This document shows, one piece after another, positions 9,944-19,981 of a stretch of DNA of 64,000 nucleotides. Under the pieces are notes generated by a model. It saw only the letters and a list, made by a program, of their open reading frames with translations, did no database searches and was not told where the DNA came from. Numbering within the stretch: position 1 is the first letter of the stretch; every line of letters starts with the position of its first letter. Origin of the DNA: an uncultured cyanobacterium (GTDB lineage: Bacteria; Cyanobacteriota; Cyanobacteriia; Cyanobacteriales; CAWCAG01); contig CAWDOD010000007.1 in assembly GCA_963803805.1 (NCBI GenBank), positions 64,001 to 128,000 on the forward strand, in the 5' to 3' direction. The position numbers and the translations under genes were made by a program.

Positions 9944-11742
9944 ATGGTGCTTGATAATCGTCATAAGTTCTCCTTTCGTATTGGGATTGCCATCACCTTA
10001 ATCTTTTGTAGCTTCACCTTAATTACCTGTAAAAAGCAACCTGAACAAATGAAAGTATCAACGGAAAAACTTCTTAGTGATCCTTTCTTGCAACTACCAC
10101 AACAAGATTCAGTACGAGTAGTCTGGTTTACTGAATTTGAGGGTTCCCGCCACTATGTTAGTTATGGAGAAGATACTCAAAAGCAGGTAGAGGCTACCAC
10201 AACAAAGCTAACTTATTTGCAAGAAGATCAAAAATCATTTGTTGGGGAGCAAACAGAAGAAGAGAAGATTTATCAAAAACCCCAAAAGCGAGATATTTGG
10301 CGGCATGAAGCAGAAGTTATAGAATTAGAACCCAATATTTCTCAACCTTACTCCGTTACTAGTGTAGATGCAGAAGGAGGGGCCGTTAGCAGCGAAACCT
10401 TTACCCTCGCCCCCAAACCTCAACCGGGAACTCCTCTCAAAATTCTTCTTACCTCAGATCATCAATCAAAACCAATGGTCGCTGCTAACTTAGAAAAAGT
10501 AGAACAAACCGTCGGTAAAGTTGATGGTATTTTTTTTGCTGGAGATTTGGTTAATATTCCTGATCGGGCTTCTGAGTGGTTTGATGACAATCGTGGAGGA
10601 GCCTTTTTCCGGCCCTCCAAGGACGGGCTAGTTATGAGTTGACTACCAGTGGCGCTAAAATTCGCTATCAAGGGGGGCAATTATTACAAAACGCTCCTTT
10701 ATATACAGCCATTGGCAATCATGAGGTTATGGGGCGTAGGGATGCTGAAGTAGGCTTAAATGAGCAATTCGAGGCTACCTTACCTCGTTTCATTGCTGAG
10801 AAAACTTATTTACGGCAAAAGGCAAAAGTTAATCCTCAAGATGATTCTCAAATCAAAGCCAATTGGATGGAAGCTAATTCTTTCAACACCGAAACTTACC
10901 AAGAACTTTTCAGCTTACCAACTAGTAAACCAGGAAAAGAAAAATATTATGCTGTCACTTTCGGCGATGTCCGTTTAGTTGTGTTATACGCCACGAGAAT
11001 TTGGAGAGTACCTGGTTTAAACCCGAAAAAGAAAGGTAAATACCGAGAGGTTGAACAAGATTTGTCTAGTCCTAAGCAATGGGGTTATGGTCAACATATC
11101 TTTGAAGCAATTCAAAAAGGTTCCAATCAATATCAATGGTTAGAGTCGGAGTTACAAAGTCCTGAATTTACCCAGGCTAAATACAAAATAGTTATGTTTC
11201 ACCATCCTCCCCATAGTTTAGGGGAAAATGTTGTTCCTGCTTTTACAGATCCTGTACAAATAGTTGAGCAAAACAAAGCCGAAGAAGTTATGGGGGTACG
11301 CTACGAATATCCCCAGAAACAAGACCATTTACTGCGGGATATTGTACCTTTATTAGAAGAAGCTGGGGTGCAACTTGTTCATTATGGCCATTCCCATTTA
11401 TGGAATCGTTTTGTTAGTCCCCAGGGAATGCACTTTTTAGAAACTTCTAACGTGGGTAACAGTTATGGAGCTTATTTGGGTGATAATAAGCGTAAAATCC
11501 CTGAAGGTTATCAAGAAAACTATGCCGCTACTGGTGATCCTGGTGGCTTGGAAGCTGTAGTTCCTAATCTTGCTCCTTTAAAAGATGAGACGGGGAAGGC
11601 TTTGCCTTATATTGCTAGTAATGAGATTACAGTTTTTAGTATCTTAGATACGGGGGAAGGTACAATAACTAGCTACTATTTTGATACTCGTAAACCAGAA
11701 TCAGAAGTTGTTAAGTTTGATCAGTTTCTTCTCTCAAATTGA
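9944..11742 (+). CDS. Purple-acid-phosphatase-type metallophosphoesterase (FN3 + calcineurin-like), split by a 1-nt deletion near 10609
   Basis: SDHQ and AGDLV in first ORF; GNHE, FHHP, GHSH in second; adding one C at TTCCGG gives continuous AFFPALQGRASYELTT; possible lipobox LITC. Confidence 0.85.
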
Positions 11743-11839
11743 TGAGTAAATTTATATTCTTAATAGTTGGGGTAGTTATGCCGGAGTAGAAATTCCCTCT
11801 ATTCCCTACTTCCTACTCCCCTTAAAAAATGACTGCCGA

Positions 11840-12934
11840 ATGACTGCCGATCGTCTTCTTTCTAGTTATAATTATTTTCTGCCAAAAGAACTAATTGCTC
11901 AAACACCGATTGTTCCTAGAGATAGTTCTCGTTTACTGGTAGTTGATTCTCCGACAACTCACCACCATAGCCACTTCAAAAATCTAACGGACTGGTTACG
12001 CCCTGGGGATCTTTTGGTTCTCAATAATACCCGTGTAATTCCTGCTCGTCTTTATGGTAACAAGTCTACAGGCGCTCCGGTAGAAGTCTTGTTATTGAAA
12101 GAAGAAGCAGATAATATTTGGCTGAGTTTGGTTAAACCAGGCAAGCGTTTCAAATTGGGAACGGAAATTATTTTTACTCCTCAACAGGACAATGGGGAAA
12201 ATCTATTTTTAAAGGCAAAAGTAATTGATCGCGATGCTACTACAGGAGGAAGAAAGTTACAGTTTTATTTTCCTTCTCAATACAATTTCTCAGAAATTCT
12301 CCCTAAATTTGGCCATCTACCTTTACCTCCTTATATCACCTCCGGAGCATCGCAACCAGGTCAATATCAAACAGTTTATGCTCAACAACCAGGGGCAGTG
12401 GCAGCCCCCACTGCCGGTTTACACTTCACTAAAGAGCTTTTAGAGAATTTAAGGACTGTAGGCATCCAACAAGCTTATCTAACTCTGCACGTCGGCGTAG
12501 GGACATTTCGTCCGGTGGAAGTTGAAGATATTACTAGCCACAAAATGCACCAAGAATGGCTAGAAATTCCCCCAACTACCATAGAAACAATTAAAGAAAC
12601 TAAAGCCCGTGGTGGTCGAATTATTGCTGTAGGGACGACGGTGGTACGAGCATTAGAAGGTGCTGCTGCGGAGGCTGATAATAGCCTAATAGAGCCTTTT
12701 TGTGGTCAAACAGACTTATTTATTTATCCAGGCTATTCTTTCAAGGTAGTAGAGGGTTTAATTACTAACTTCCACTTACCAGGTTCTAGTTTATTGATGT
12801 TAGTAGCGGCTTTAATAGGACGCGAACACTTATTCACTTTATATGAGGGAGCGATGACCGAGCAATATCGCTTCTATTCTTTTGGTGATGCTATGTTGAT
12901 TTTACCTGAAGCAGCCTTGAAATCAAAGACTTAG
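11840..12934 (+). CDS. queA: S-adenosylmethionine:tRNA ribosyltransferase-isomerase
   Basis: LIAQ.P, NNTRVIPARL, PLPPYI, AVAAPTAGLHF, LHVGVGTFRPV, YRFYSFGDAM. Confidence 0.97.
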   Translation: MTADRLLSSYNYFLPKELIAQTPIVPRDSSRLLVVDSPTTHHHSHFKNLTDWLRPGDLLVLNNTRVIPARLYGNKSTGAPVEVLLLKEEADNIWLSLVKPGKRFKLGTEIIFTPQQDNGENLFLKAKVIDRDATTGGRKLQFYFPSQYNFSEILPKFGHLPLPPYITSGASQPGQYQTVYAQQPGAVAAPTAGLHFTKELLENLRTVGIQQAYLTLHVGVGTFRPVEVEDITSHKMHQEWLEIPPTTIETIKETKARGGRIIAVGTTVVRALEGAAAEADNSLIEPFCGQTDLFIYPGYSFKVVEGLITNFHLPGSSLLMLVAALIGREHLFTLYEGAMTEQYRFYSFGDAMLILPEAALKSKT

Positions 12935-13004
12935 AAAGTGAAAAGTGCTTAAAAAACCGACTATTATAATCTTTAAATATTAACGATTATAAGTATTTGG
13001 TTTT

Positions 13005-14687
13005 ATGTTTTCAGGGAAGGCAAAGGCTCTTTTAATCCAGGCTACATTTTTCTTTCTTACTCTTTTTTTAGGAGCAGTTCAAGCTTGGAATCACCGTTAC
13101 AGCTTATCTACAGGAGATGCGGTTTCTTACTTAGATATTGGTGATGCTTATTGGCGAGGTGATTGGTCAGCGGCTATTAACGATTATTTTAGTCCCCTTT
13201 ATTGTTGGATTTTGGGCTTTTTTATTAAAGTAATCAATCCGGGAATCTACTGGGAATTCTTGACCGTAAAAATCACCAATTTGTTTATTCTTTTGTGTGG
13301 TTTCTTGACCTTTAGCTTTTGTCTAAAAGAATTCATCCATTACTACGAATTTAGAATTAAGCAAAATCAAACAGAGAAATATTTACAAATCCCTCAAGAG
13401 ATTTGGTTAATATCAGGATATAGCTTGTTTATTTGGTCAGCTTTACAATGGATTGGCGTTGACAACGACACTCCTGATCTTTGTGTGGCGACGATAACTT
13501 ATTTAGCGGCCGGTTTAATTTTAAGAATTTATACTCGCTCAGATAGTTGGTACAATTTCATCTTCTTGGGAGTAGTTTTAGGAATTGGCTATTTAGCAAA
13601 AGCAATTATGTTTCCTATGGCCTTAATTTTCCTGGGAACTTGCTTTTTCTGTGTTGGGAGTGTGCATCGCCCTTGGGGAAGAATTCTTGTGGCTAGTCTC
13701 GTTTTTCTGCTTGTGGCGGGGCCTTTCATTTTTGCCATCTCCCAAAAATCCGGTAGTTTTACCTTTGGTAGTGCAGGGAAACTCAACTACGCTTGGAACA
13801 TAAGTCACAATATTGGGAACCATCATTGGCAAGGAGAACCACCTGGTAGTGGAACCCCAGAACACCCTACTAGAGTGATTTTTACTGAACCCACAGTTTA
13901 TGAATTCGCCACACCAATCGCCGGAACCTATCCTCCTTGGCATGATCCCTCCTACTGGAATAGCGGTTTGCAACCCAGATCTAATCTTCGCCGCCAAATG
14001 GCTGAGGTTGCTAGTCATACTTGGGAGTGTTATCAAATTTTTGGTAAATACTTGCTTTTTGGCTACTTAATCTTCCTTATTGCCAGTGGTGACTTTTGGC
14101 TTCAGGGACGAGAATTGCTAAAAAACTGGCCACTATACATTCCTGCCTGTGCAGGGTTAGGAGCGTTACTTTTAGTTCATATTAGACCAAGATTGATAGC
14201 TAGTTTTGTCGTACTTTTATTTGCCGCTTTTTTTGGTAGTTTACGCTTAGCTAACAATCAACAAGTAAAAAAATTTGTTATTGGCATTACTCTAGGAGTT
14301 TGCTTATTGACCCTTAGCAGTTTGAGCAATATTTCTGATATTGCTGGAGAACCTATTCATTGGAAAATAGCTCAAGGTTTAGAAAAACTAGGAGTTACAA
14401 ATGGAGAACAAATTGCTATTTTAGGGAAATATGGAGATGGTAGTTCCTATTATTGGGCTAGATTAGCAAAGGTAAAGATAGTTGCGGAAATTCCAGAAAT
14501 TGCTAGTTTTTGGAGTGCAGATGTCACCACCAGGGAACAAATCTATCAAGATGTAAAAGATGTAGGAGCAAAGTTAATTGTTCAAGAAGTTGGTACAAAA
14601 CCTTCTGAAGATAGTAACTGGCAACAAATCAGTAACACTAACTGCTACCTCCATTTCTTAACCAAACTCAAAGACCCCGAATCATGA
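13005..14687 (+). CDS. Multi-pass membrane protein, GT-C-type glycosyltransferase-like
   Basis: Many hydrophobic helices; acidic first-loop motif GDAVSYLD; SPLY, TPD and GIGYLAKA motifs typical of ArnT/PMT-like proteins. Confidence 0.6.
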   Translation: MFSGKAKALLIQATFFFLTLFLGAVQAWNHRYSLSTGDAVSYLDIGDAYWRGDWSAAINDYFSPLYCWILGFFIKVINPGIYWEFLTVKITNLFILLCGFLTFSFCLKEFIHYYEFRIKQNQTEKYLQIPQEIWLISGYSLFIWSALQWIGVDNDTPDLCVATITYLAAGLILRIYTRSDSWYNFIFLGVVLGIGYLAKAIMFPMALIFLGTCFFCVGSVHRPWGRILVASLVFLLVAGPFIFAISQKSGSFTFGSAGKLNYAWNISHNIGNHHWQGEPPGSGTPEHPTRVIFTEPTVYEFATPIAGTYPPWHDPSYWNSGLQPRSNLRRQMAEVASHTWECYQIFGKYLLFGYLIFLIASGDFWLQGRELLKNWPLYIPACAGLGALLLVHIRPRLIASFVVLLFAAFFGSLRLANNQQVKKFVIGITLGVCLLTLSSLSNISDIAGEPIHWKIAQGLEKLGVTNGEQIAILGKYGDGSSYYWARLAKVKIVAEIPEIASFWSADVTTREQIYQDVKDVGAKLIVQEVGTKPSEDSNWQQISNTNCYLHFLTKLKDPES

Positions 14688-15643
14688 CCAAACTGATTAT
14701 TCAAATTCCTTGCTACAACGAGGAAGCAACTCTGGGACTTACTCTTTCAGAATTACCTCGCCAAGTTCCAGGGGTGGATATTGTAGAGTGGTTAATTATC
14801 AATGATGGTAGCGTAGACCAGACTGTGGAGGTTGCTACAGACAACGGTGTAGACCATGTTGTTAGCTTTACCCACAATCAAGGTTTAGCCAAAGGATTTA
14901 TGGCAGGCATAGAAGCTTGCCTTAAAGAAGGTGCAGATATTATTGTTAATACCGATGCTGATAACCAATACTGTGCTGCTGATATTCCTAAGTTAGTTGA
15001 ACCAATCCTGAGAGGGGAGGCGGATATAGTTATTGGGGCAAGACCGATACAAAGTATTAAACATTTTTCCCCCATCAAAAAATTCTTACAAAAACTAGGC
15101 AGTTGGGCAGTTAGGGTTGCGAGTAATACTAAAGTAGCCGATGCACCAAGTGGTTTCCGCGCCATCAGTCGCAAAGCAGCCTTGGAGTTAAATGTTTTTA
15201 ATGAATATACCTACACCTTAGAAACCATTATTCAAGCTGGACAAAAAGGTATGGCAGTGGTTTCAGTACCGATTCGGACTAATGGTTTCTTGCGGCCTTC
15301 CCGCCTGGTGAAAAGCATTTTCGCCTATGTTAGGCGTTCTTTGTTCACCATTATTAGGATATTTTTAACCTATCGACCTCTACAGTTTTTTACCCTCCTA
15401 GCTAGCTTTCCCGCTTTTTTAAGTTTTCTACTTTGTCTACGTTGGTTAATGCTGTTTATATTCGTAGATGGCACTAGAGGCAGAGTCCCTAGCTTGCTAT
15501 TAGCAGCCGTTTTAATTCTCGTTGCCTTTCAACTATTATTATTTGGTTTTATCGCCGACTTAATGGCTGTTAATCGTAAGATGCTCGAAGATGTGCAACT
15601 CAGGTTACGAAAAGCAGAAATAGATCGAAGTCAGAAGAGGTGA
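14684..15643 (+). CDS. GT2 glycosyltransferase (DPM1-like polyprenol-phosphate sugar synthase) with two C-terminal TM helices
   Basis: IPCYNEE, INDGS.D, NTDADNQY, DAPSGFRA; overlaps upstream stop (ATGA). Confidence 0.9.
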   Translation: MTKLIIQIPCYNEEATLGLTLSELPRQVPGVDIVEWLIINDGSVDQTVEVATDNGVDHVVSFTHNQGLAKGFMAGIEACLKEGADIIVNTDADNQYCAADIPKLVEPILRGEADIVIGARPIQSIKHFSPIKKFLQKLGSWAVRVASNTKVADAPSGFRAISRKAALELNVFNEYTYTLETIIQAGQKGMAVVSVPIRTNGFLRPSRLVKSIFAYVRRSLFTIIRIFLTYRPLQFFTLLASFPAFLSFLLCLRWLMLFIFVDGTRGRVPSLLLAAVLILVAFQLLLFGFIADLMAVNRKMLEDVQLRLRKAEIDRSQKR

Positions 15644-15671
15644 TAATTGCTAATTGCTAGTTGCTAATTGC
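15644..15671. repeat. Heptamer tandem repeat (STRR-like) TAATTGC x4
   Basis: TAATTGC TAATTGC TAGTTGC TAATTGC. Confidence 0.75.
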
Positions 15672-15742
15672 TAAAAAAATTATAGCCCCATCATTTTTAG
15701 TAAACAATCGCTTCCTACTCCCTGCTCCCTATTCTACCTAAT

Positions 15743-17206
15743 ATGAACGAAACAAAAATCAGCAACCGAGACTTATCTAAAATGTTATTAGCTCTTGGTG
15801 TTGGCATCACCCTGATTTACTTAGCTTTCCTTAAACCAGGAATTTGGGGTCATGATGGTAATGATATGCTCCAAGTTTCCATCTCCTTGATCACTAAAGG
15901 AAGTTTTGCTTTACCAGATGGTTTGGGGGTGCAGGGGGCAGATGGACAATATTATTCTGTCCGCTATCCTTTGCTTTCTATTGTCGCTATACCTTTTACG
16001 GCGGTTGGTTTGGTTTTGGCTTCTGTTTTAGGCTTACCTGTTAATTATGTTGCTGGGGTTTGCGTCCTTGTTTTATCGGTGTTGTTAACGGCGGGGTGTG
16101 CAGTCTTTGTTGCCTTAATTGCTTTGCGGTTAGGAAGCAAGCCTAAATTAGCTTACCTGGCTGCATTAAGTTATGCTTTTGGCACTGTAGCTTTAGTTTA
16201 TTCACGAGAATTTTTTGCTGAACCTCTGCTTAGCTTCTTAACAGCGGCTAGCCTCTACTTAATTCTTGGTCAAAAAGTGCGATCGCAACTTAGCGCCAGT
16301 TTAATTGGTGGATTGGCTATTACTGCTAAACCGGCTGCGGTGGTTATTGGCCCACCACTATCTATTTATTTATTTGCGAAAAAACGTCCTTGGTATTTAA
16401 TTCTTGCTCCTTTAGTTAGTACAGCCATGGGCATGGGATTGTATTTCAGTTACAACTATCTCCGCTTTGGGGACTGGTTTTCTTCTGGGCAAGATGGTGG
16501 CCGCTTTGGCCCTGCTGGCTTTGGGCCACGGCTATTTGGTCAATTATTCGGTTTTGGGGCAGGAGGGGGGCTAATTTGGTACTGCCCGCCGGTAATTTTG
16601 GCTGTAGTTGGTTTTTATCAAGCAGTTAAGCACAAGAAAACCTTAGAAGCTTTAGTGGTTGTGGCTGTATTTTGCGGCTTTTGGTTGCTTCATGGTTTCT
16701 GGCGCTTTGAAGGTTGGAGTTGGGGGCCTCGCTTTATTGTCCCTACTTTACCGGGATTAATGGCTTTAGCCGCTTTAGCAGGGCATCGTTGGAAAAAAAC
16801 TCTATTAGCGCTTACCTTAATCGGTTTTTTAGCTAGCGCCCCTAGTTTAGTCTCCTTTTACCAACGCCACTACGCTGAAGCATCAGATGCGGGGATAATT
16901 CAAGAAGCTTTAGAATTGTGGATTCCTCCAGCGCAATCTCCTTTGATTCAGTCCTGGGGTGCAGGTTATCGTCAAGTACAGGCGGGATTGAACAGCGATG
17001 TAGCTAATGTTCTCAAAGATGCTGGTGCGCCACCTGCACCGGGTAGCTTAGCCACTTCACAATTATTGCAAATAGTAGCTGTTTGGTGGTGGGTTTTGCC
17101 TGCTGCGGGGATTCCTTTGTGGATTGGTTTTGTGATTGCGATTATGCTTATTGCTAGTGGAGTTTGGTTGCTTATGAAAGGTTGGGGGTATGCGAGTAAT
17201 AGCTAA
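15743..17206 (+). CDS. Multi-pass membrane protein, GT-C/phospholipid-carrier-dependent glycosyltransferase-like
   Basis: GHDG first-loop motif, YSREFFAEP, WGPRF..P motif, many TM helices. Confidence 0.65.
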   Translation: MNETKISNRDLSKMLLALGVGITLIYLAFLKPGIWGHDGNDMLQVSISLITKGSFALPDGLGVQGADGQYYSVRYPLLSIVAIPFTAVGLVLASVLGLPVNYVAGVCVLVLSVLLTAGCAVFVALIALRLGSKPKLAYLAALSYAFGTVALVYSREFFAEPLLSFLTAASLYLILGQKVRSQLSASLIGGLAITAKPAAVVIGPPLSIYLFAKKRPWYLILAPLVSTAMGMGLYFSYNYLRFGDWFSSGQDGGRFGPAGFGPRLFGQLFGFGAGGGLIWYCPPVILAVVGFYQAVKHKKTLEALVVVAVFCGFWLLHGFWRFEGWSWGPRFIVPTLPGLMALAALAGHRWKKTLLALTLIGFLASAPSLVSFYQRHYAEASDAGIIQEALELWIPPAQSPLIQSWGAGYRQVQAGLNSDVANVLKDAGAPPAPGSLATSQLLQIVAVWWWVLPAAGIPLWIGFVIAIMLIASGVWLLMKGWGYASNS

Positions 17207-17367
17207 GCTGTCAGACGTTTAGATCACCTAATAGTCCTCGAAAGGATAAACTTTAGTTAATTAATATCGATGGCAGATCCATTAAAGTCTTTATTTGAAG
17301 CGATCGCTGAAGCAAAAAGCAACTGCAAATTATTTAAAGGGGATAGGGAAATCTGGGGAATTTATTC

Positions 17368-18924
17368 ATGGCAAAATTGACTAGCAAGGCTGCTTTAATA
17401 CTGAGCGTATTAACACTCACTACTTGGAGAGGAGAAGCAACTCAAGCGGCTGAACCCAGCTTAGGAAGTTCTTTCACCCAGTGGTGTCTCCAGAAAGATA
17501 ATTTGTCAACTGGAGCAATTAGAACTGTAGATGTACTGTTAGAAGAAGCAGGGACTACTGATTGTGAATCTGCTAATAACCTGTTATCAAGCCGCACCCA
17601 ACTTGACCTCAGCGACTCCGACATTATAGATGTCACGCCTTTAGCAGGGTTCACAAACTTAGAGTACCTCAATCTCAGCGATAACCAAGTTACAGATGTC
17701 ACTCCTTTAATCAGACTCACGAATTTAGAGGTACTTGACCTTGAATCTAACAAAATCACGAATGTTACTCCAATAGCCAGACTCACGAATCTATCGGGAC
17801 TCGGCCTCTATGCCAATAAAATCAGAGATGTCACGCCTTTGGCTAAACTCACAAACCTAGAGGGGCTTTACCTTGGCAATAACAAAATCAAAGAAATAAG
17901 TTCTTTAGAACCGCTTACCAACCTGAAGATACTCAATCTCAGTTTCAATGAAGCTAAAGATATCAGTCCTATAGCAAAATTTACACAACTAGAGGAACTT
18001 TACCTTTACTCTAACCAAATCTCTGATATTAATTCTCTAACAAAACTTGCCAGTTTGAAAGTCCTCAACCTTGGCGAGAATCAGATCACAGATATCAGTT
18101 CTCTAGCAAAACTGACAAATCTAGACGAACTTGACCTCAGTTATACCCAAATCAAAGATTTCAGTTCTCTAGCAAAGCTTACATATTTAGAAAAACTTAG
18201 CCTCAACGGTAATCAAATCACGAATGTCAGTTTTCTAGCAAAACTGACAAATTTAGAGATGCTTAATATTGGGGACAACAAAATTATTGATTTTGCACCT
18301 CTAACTAAACTCACAAATCTAGAGTTTCTCAATCTTTATAGCAGCCAAACTACAAATCTTGCTCCTTTAGCAGGACTCACAAATCTTAAGAAGGTTATCC
18401 TTTGGGGCAGCGAAATTACTGATATCACTTTTTTAAGGGGACTTACCGATCTAGAGTATCTTGACCTCAGCTTTAATCAAATTGAGGATATCAGTATTCT
18501 GGCAGAACTGACAAATCTGAAAGAAGTTTACCTTCCAAGAAACAAAATCACTGATATTAATTCTTTGAGGGGACTTACTAATCTTGTGTCGCTTTCCCTT
18601 GGAGAACAGAAAATTACAGATGTTACCCCTTTGGCGAGACTCATAAATCTAGAAATACTTTCCCTCAACAATAATCAAATTAAAGATGTTACGCCTTTAG
18701 CAGGACTCATAAATCTAAAGACGCTTTTCCTCAACAATAATCAAATCGCAACTGTCAGTCCTCTCTCAGAATTAACTAATCTAGAAATACTTACCCTTCA
18801 CAGCAATCAAATTACAACTGTCAGCCCTCTATCAGGATTAACCAATCTAAATCGACTTGTCATTAGGGACAATCCCGTTACACAGCCAGTTTGTCCGATT
18901 AATAAACCTGTTTGCGTCTTTTAA
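17368..18924 (+). CDS. Exported internalin-like leucine-rich repeat protein
   Basis: Signal peptide; Cys cap SFTQWC...TTDC; about 19-20 repeats of 22 aa LxxLxLxxNxIxDxxPLxxLTN; C-terminal CP..C. Confidence 0.92.
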   Translation: MAKLTSKAALILSVLTLTTWRGEATQAAEPSLGSSFTQWCLQKDNLSTGAIRTVDVLLEEAGTTDCESANNLLSSRTQLDLSDSDIIDVTPLAGFTNLEYLNLSDNQVTDVTPLIRLTNLEVLDLESNKITNVTPIARLTNLSGLGLYANKIRDVTPLAKLTNLEGLYLGNNKIKEISSLEPLTNLKILNLSFNEAKDISPIAKFTQLEELYLYSNQISDINSLTKLASLKVLNLGENQITDISSLAKLTNLDELDLSYTQIKDFSSLAKLTYLEKLSLNGNQITNVSFLAKLTNLEMLNIGDNKIIDFAPLTKLTNLEFLNLYSSQTTNLAPLAGLTNLKKVILWGSEITDITFLRGLTDLEYLDLSFNQIEDISILAELTNLKEVYLPRNKITDINSLRGLTNLVSLSLGEQKITDVTPLARLINLEILSLNNNQIKDVTPLAGLINLKTLFLNNNQIATVSPLSELTNLEILTLHSNQITTVSPLSGLTNLNRLVIRDNPVTQPVCPINKPVCVF

Positions 18925-18979
18925 GACTAACAATAAGCTTAGTTAAAATGGCAGCTTAAGGGGATATAATGCCAACTCA

Positions 18980-19927
18980 ATGCAGCGAAAATACCTTTCC
19001 TATTTAGGAACATTTTTATTTAGTTCAGGGCTACTGGGTTTAGCCACTTGGACGATTAGCCGCGAACTCAAAAATTATAGCCATCAAGACATACTCCAAA
19101 GCTTCCAAGCCTTACCAAGCGATCGCCTGTTTGGGGCGGTAATTCTCACCATGCTTTGTTATGGAGTAATGACAGGATATGACACCCTAGCAATGCGTTA
19201 TATTCGTCACCCCTTACCTTACCGAAAAACTGCCTTTGCTGCTTTTACTAGCATTGCCATTAGTAATAATATTGGTTTTGCTCTTTTGAGTGGTGGTGCT
19301 ATTCGTTATCGCCTCTATCGCCCCTGGCAGCTATCAAAACTAGAAATTGCTCAAGTCATTGCTTTTGGCAATCTTAGCTTTTGGTTAGGAATGTTAACAG
19401 TGGGGGGAGTTTTATTTATTTTTGTACCTTTGGATGTGCCTCAATTACTAAATTTCCCCCTTGCTTCAATGGATTTATTGGGGGGAATTTGTCTTGCTGT
19501 GGTCACTGGCTACTTCATCTTTAGTATTTTAGCTCGGCATAAAACTTTTCATTGGCGAGGTTCGGTGTTTCGAGTTCCTTCTCTTGCCATTGCCATAACT
19601 CAAATTACTATTGCTACAGTTGATTGGGCTTTGGCTGCTGGAGTTCTTTATCTACTTTTAGATATTGCTTCAGTGTTATCTTACTCTACTTTTTTTGGCA
19701 TTTATTTACTAGCTCAATTAGCTAGAATTATTAGTAGTGTTCCTGCTGGATTGGGCATCTTAGAAACTGTGATGGTATTAATGTTAGCCCCCCAAGTACC
19801 TACAGACAAAGTTTTGGCAGCTTTGCTAGCTTATCGAGGTATTTACTATCTATGCCCTTTCGTCATCGCAAGTATTTTAGTTGGTTGTTACGAACTTCTC
19901 CGCCGTCACCGTAAAAGTAGGATGTAA
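18980..19927 (+). CDS. Lysylphosphatidylglycerol-synthase TM domain / flippase-like protein (YbhN-like)
   Basis: TGYD.LA, G..IRYRLY, VPAGLGILE, LLAYR.IYYL.P motifs; no synthase domain. Confidence 0.85.
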   Translation: MQRKYLSYLGTFLFSSGLLGLATWTISRELKNYSHQDILQSFQALPSDRLFGAVILTMLCYGVMTGYDTLAMRYIRHPLPYRKTAFAAFTSIAISNNIGFALLSGGAIRYRLYRPWQLSKLEIAQVIAFGNLSFWLGMLTVGGVLFIFVPLDVPQLLNFPLASMDLLGGICLAVVTGYFIFSILARHKTFHWRGSVFRVPSLAIAITQITIATVDWALAAGVLYLLLDIASVLSYSTFFGIYLLAQLARIISSVPAGLGILETVMVLMLAPQVPTDKVLAALLAYRGIYYLCPFVIASILVGCYELLRRHRKSRM

Positions 19928-19981
19928 ATGAAAACCTAATATGCTGGCCCCGGCAGAGTTTCGGTGAACCACAGAAGCAGG

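Noticed and set aside
10600-10645. Programmed ribosomal frameshifting or phase variation at the split genes
   Set aside because: No slippery heptamer with downstream structure and no long homopolymer or SSR at the breaks; sequencing error is simpler
13589-14036. Antisense ORFs inside long genes (also 14878, 17442, 20002, 24502, 25270, 33535, 34821, 41192 and others)
   Set aside because: Shadow frames of well-supported genes, explained by codon bias and repeats
17580-18880. Regular 66-bp periodicity as a possible CRISPR array
   Set aside because: Degenerate coding repeats of the LRR protein; no constant repeat with unique spacers and no cas genes
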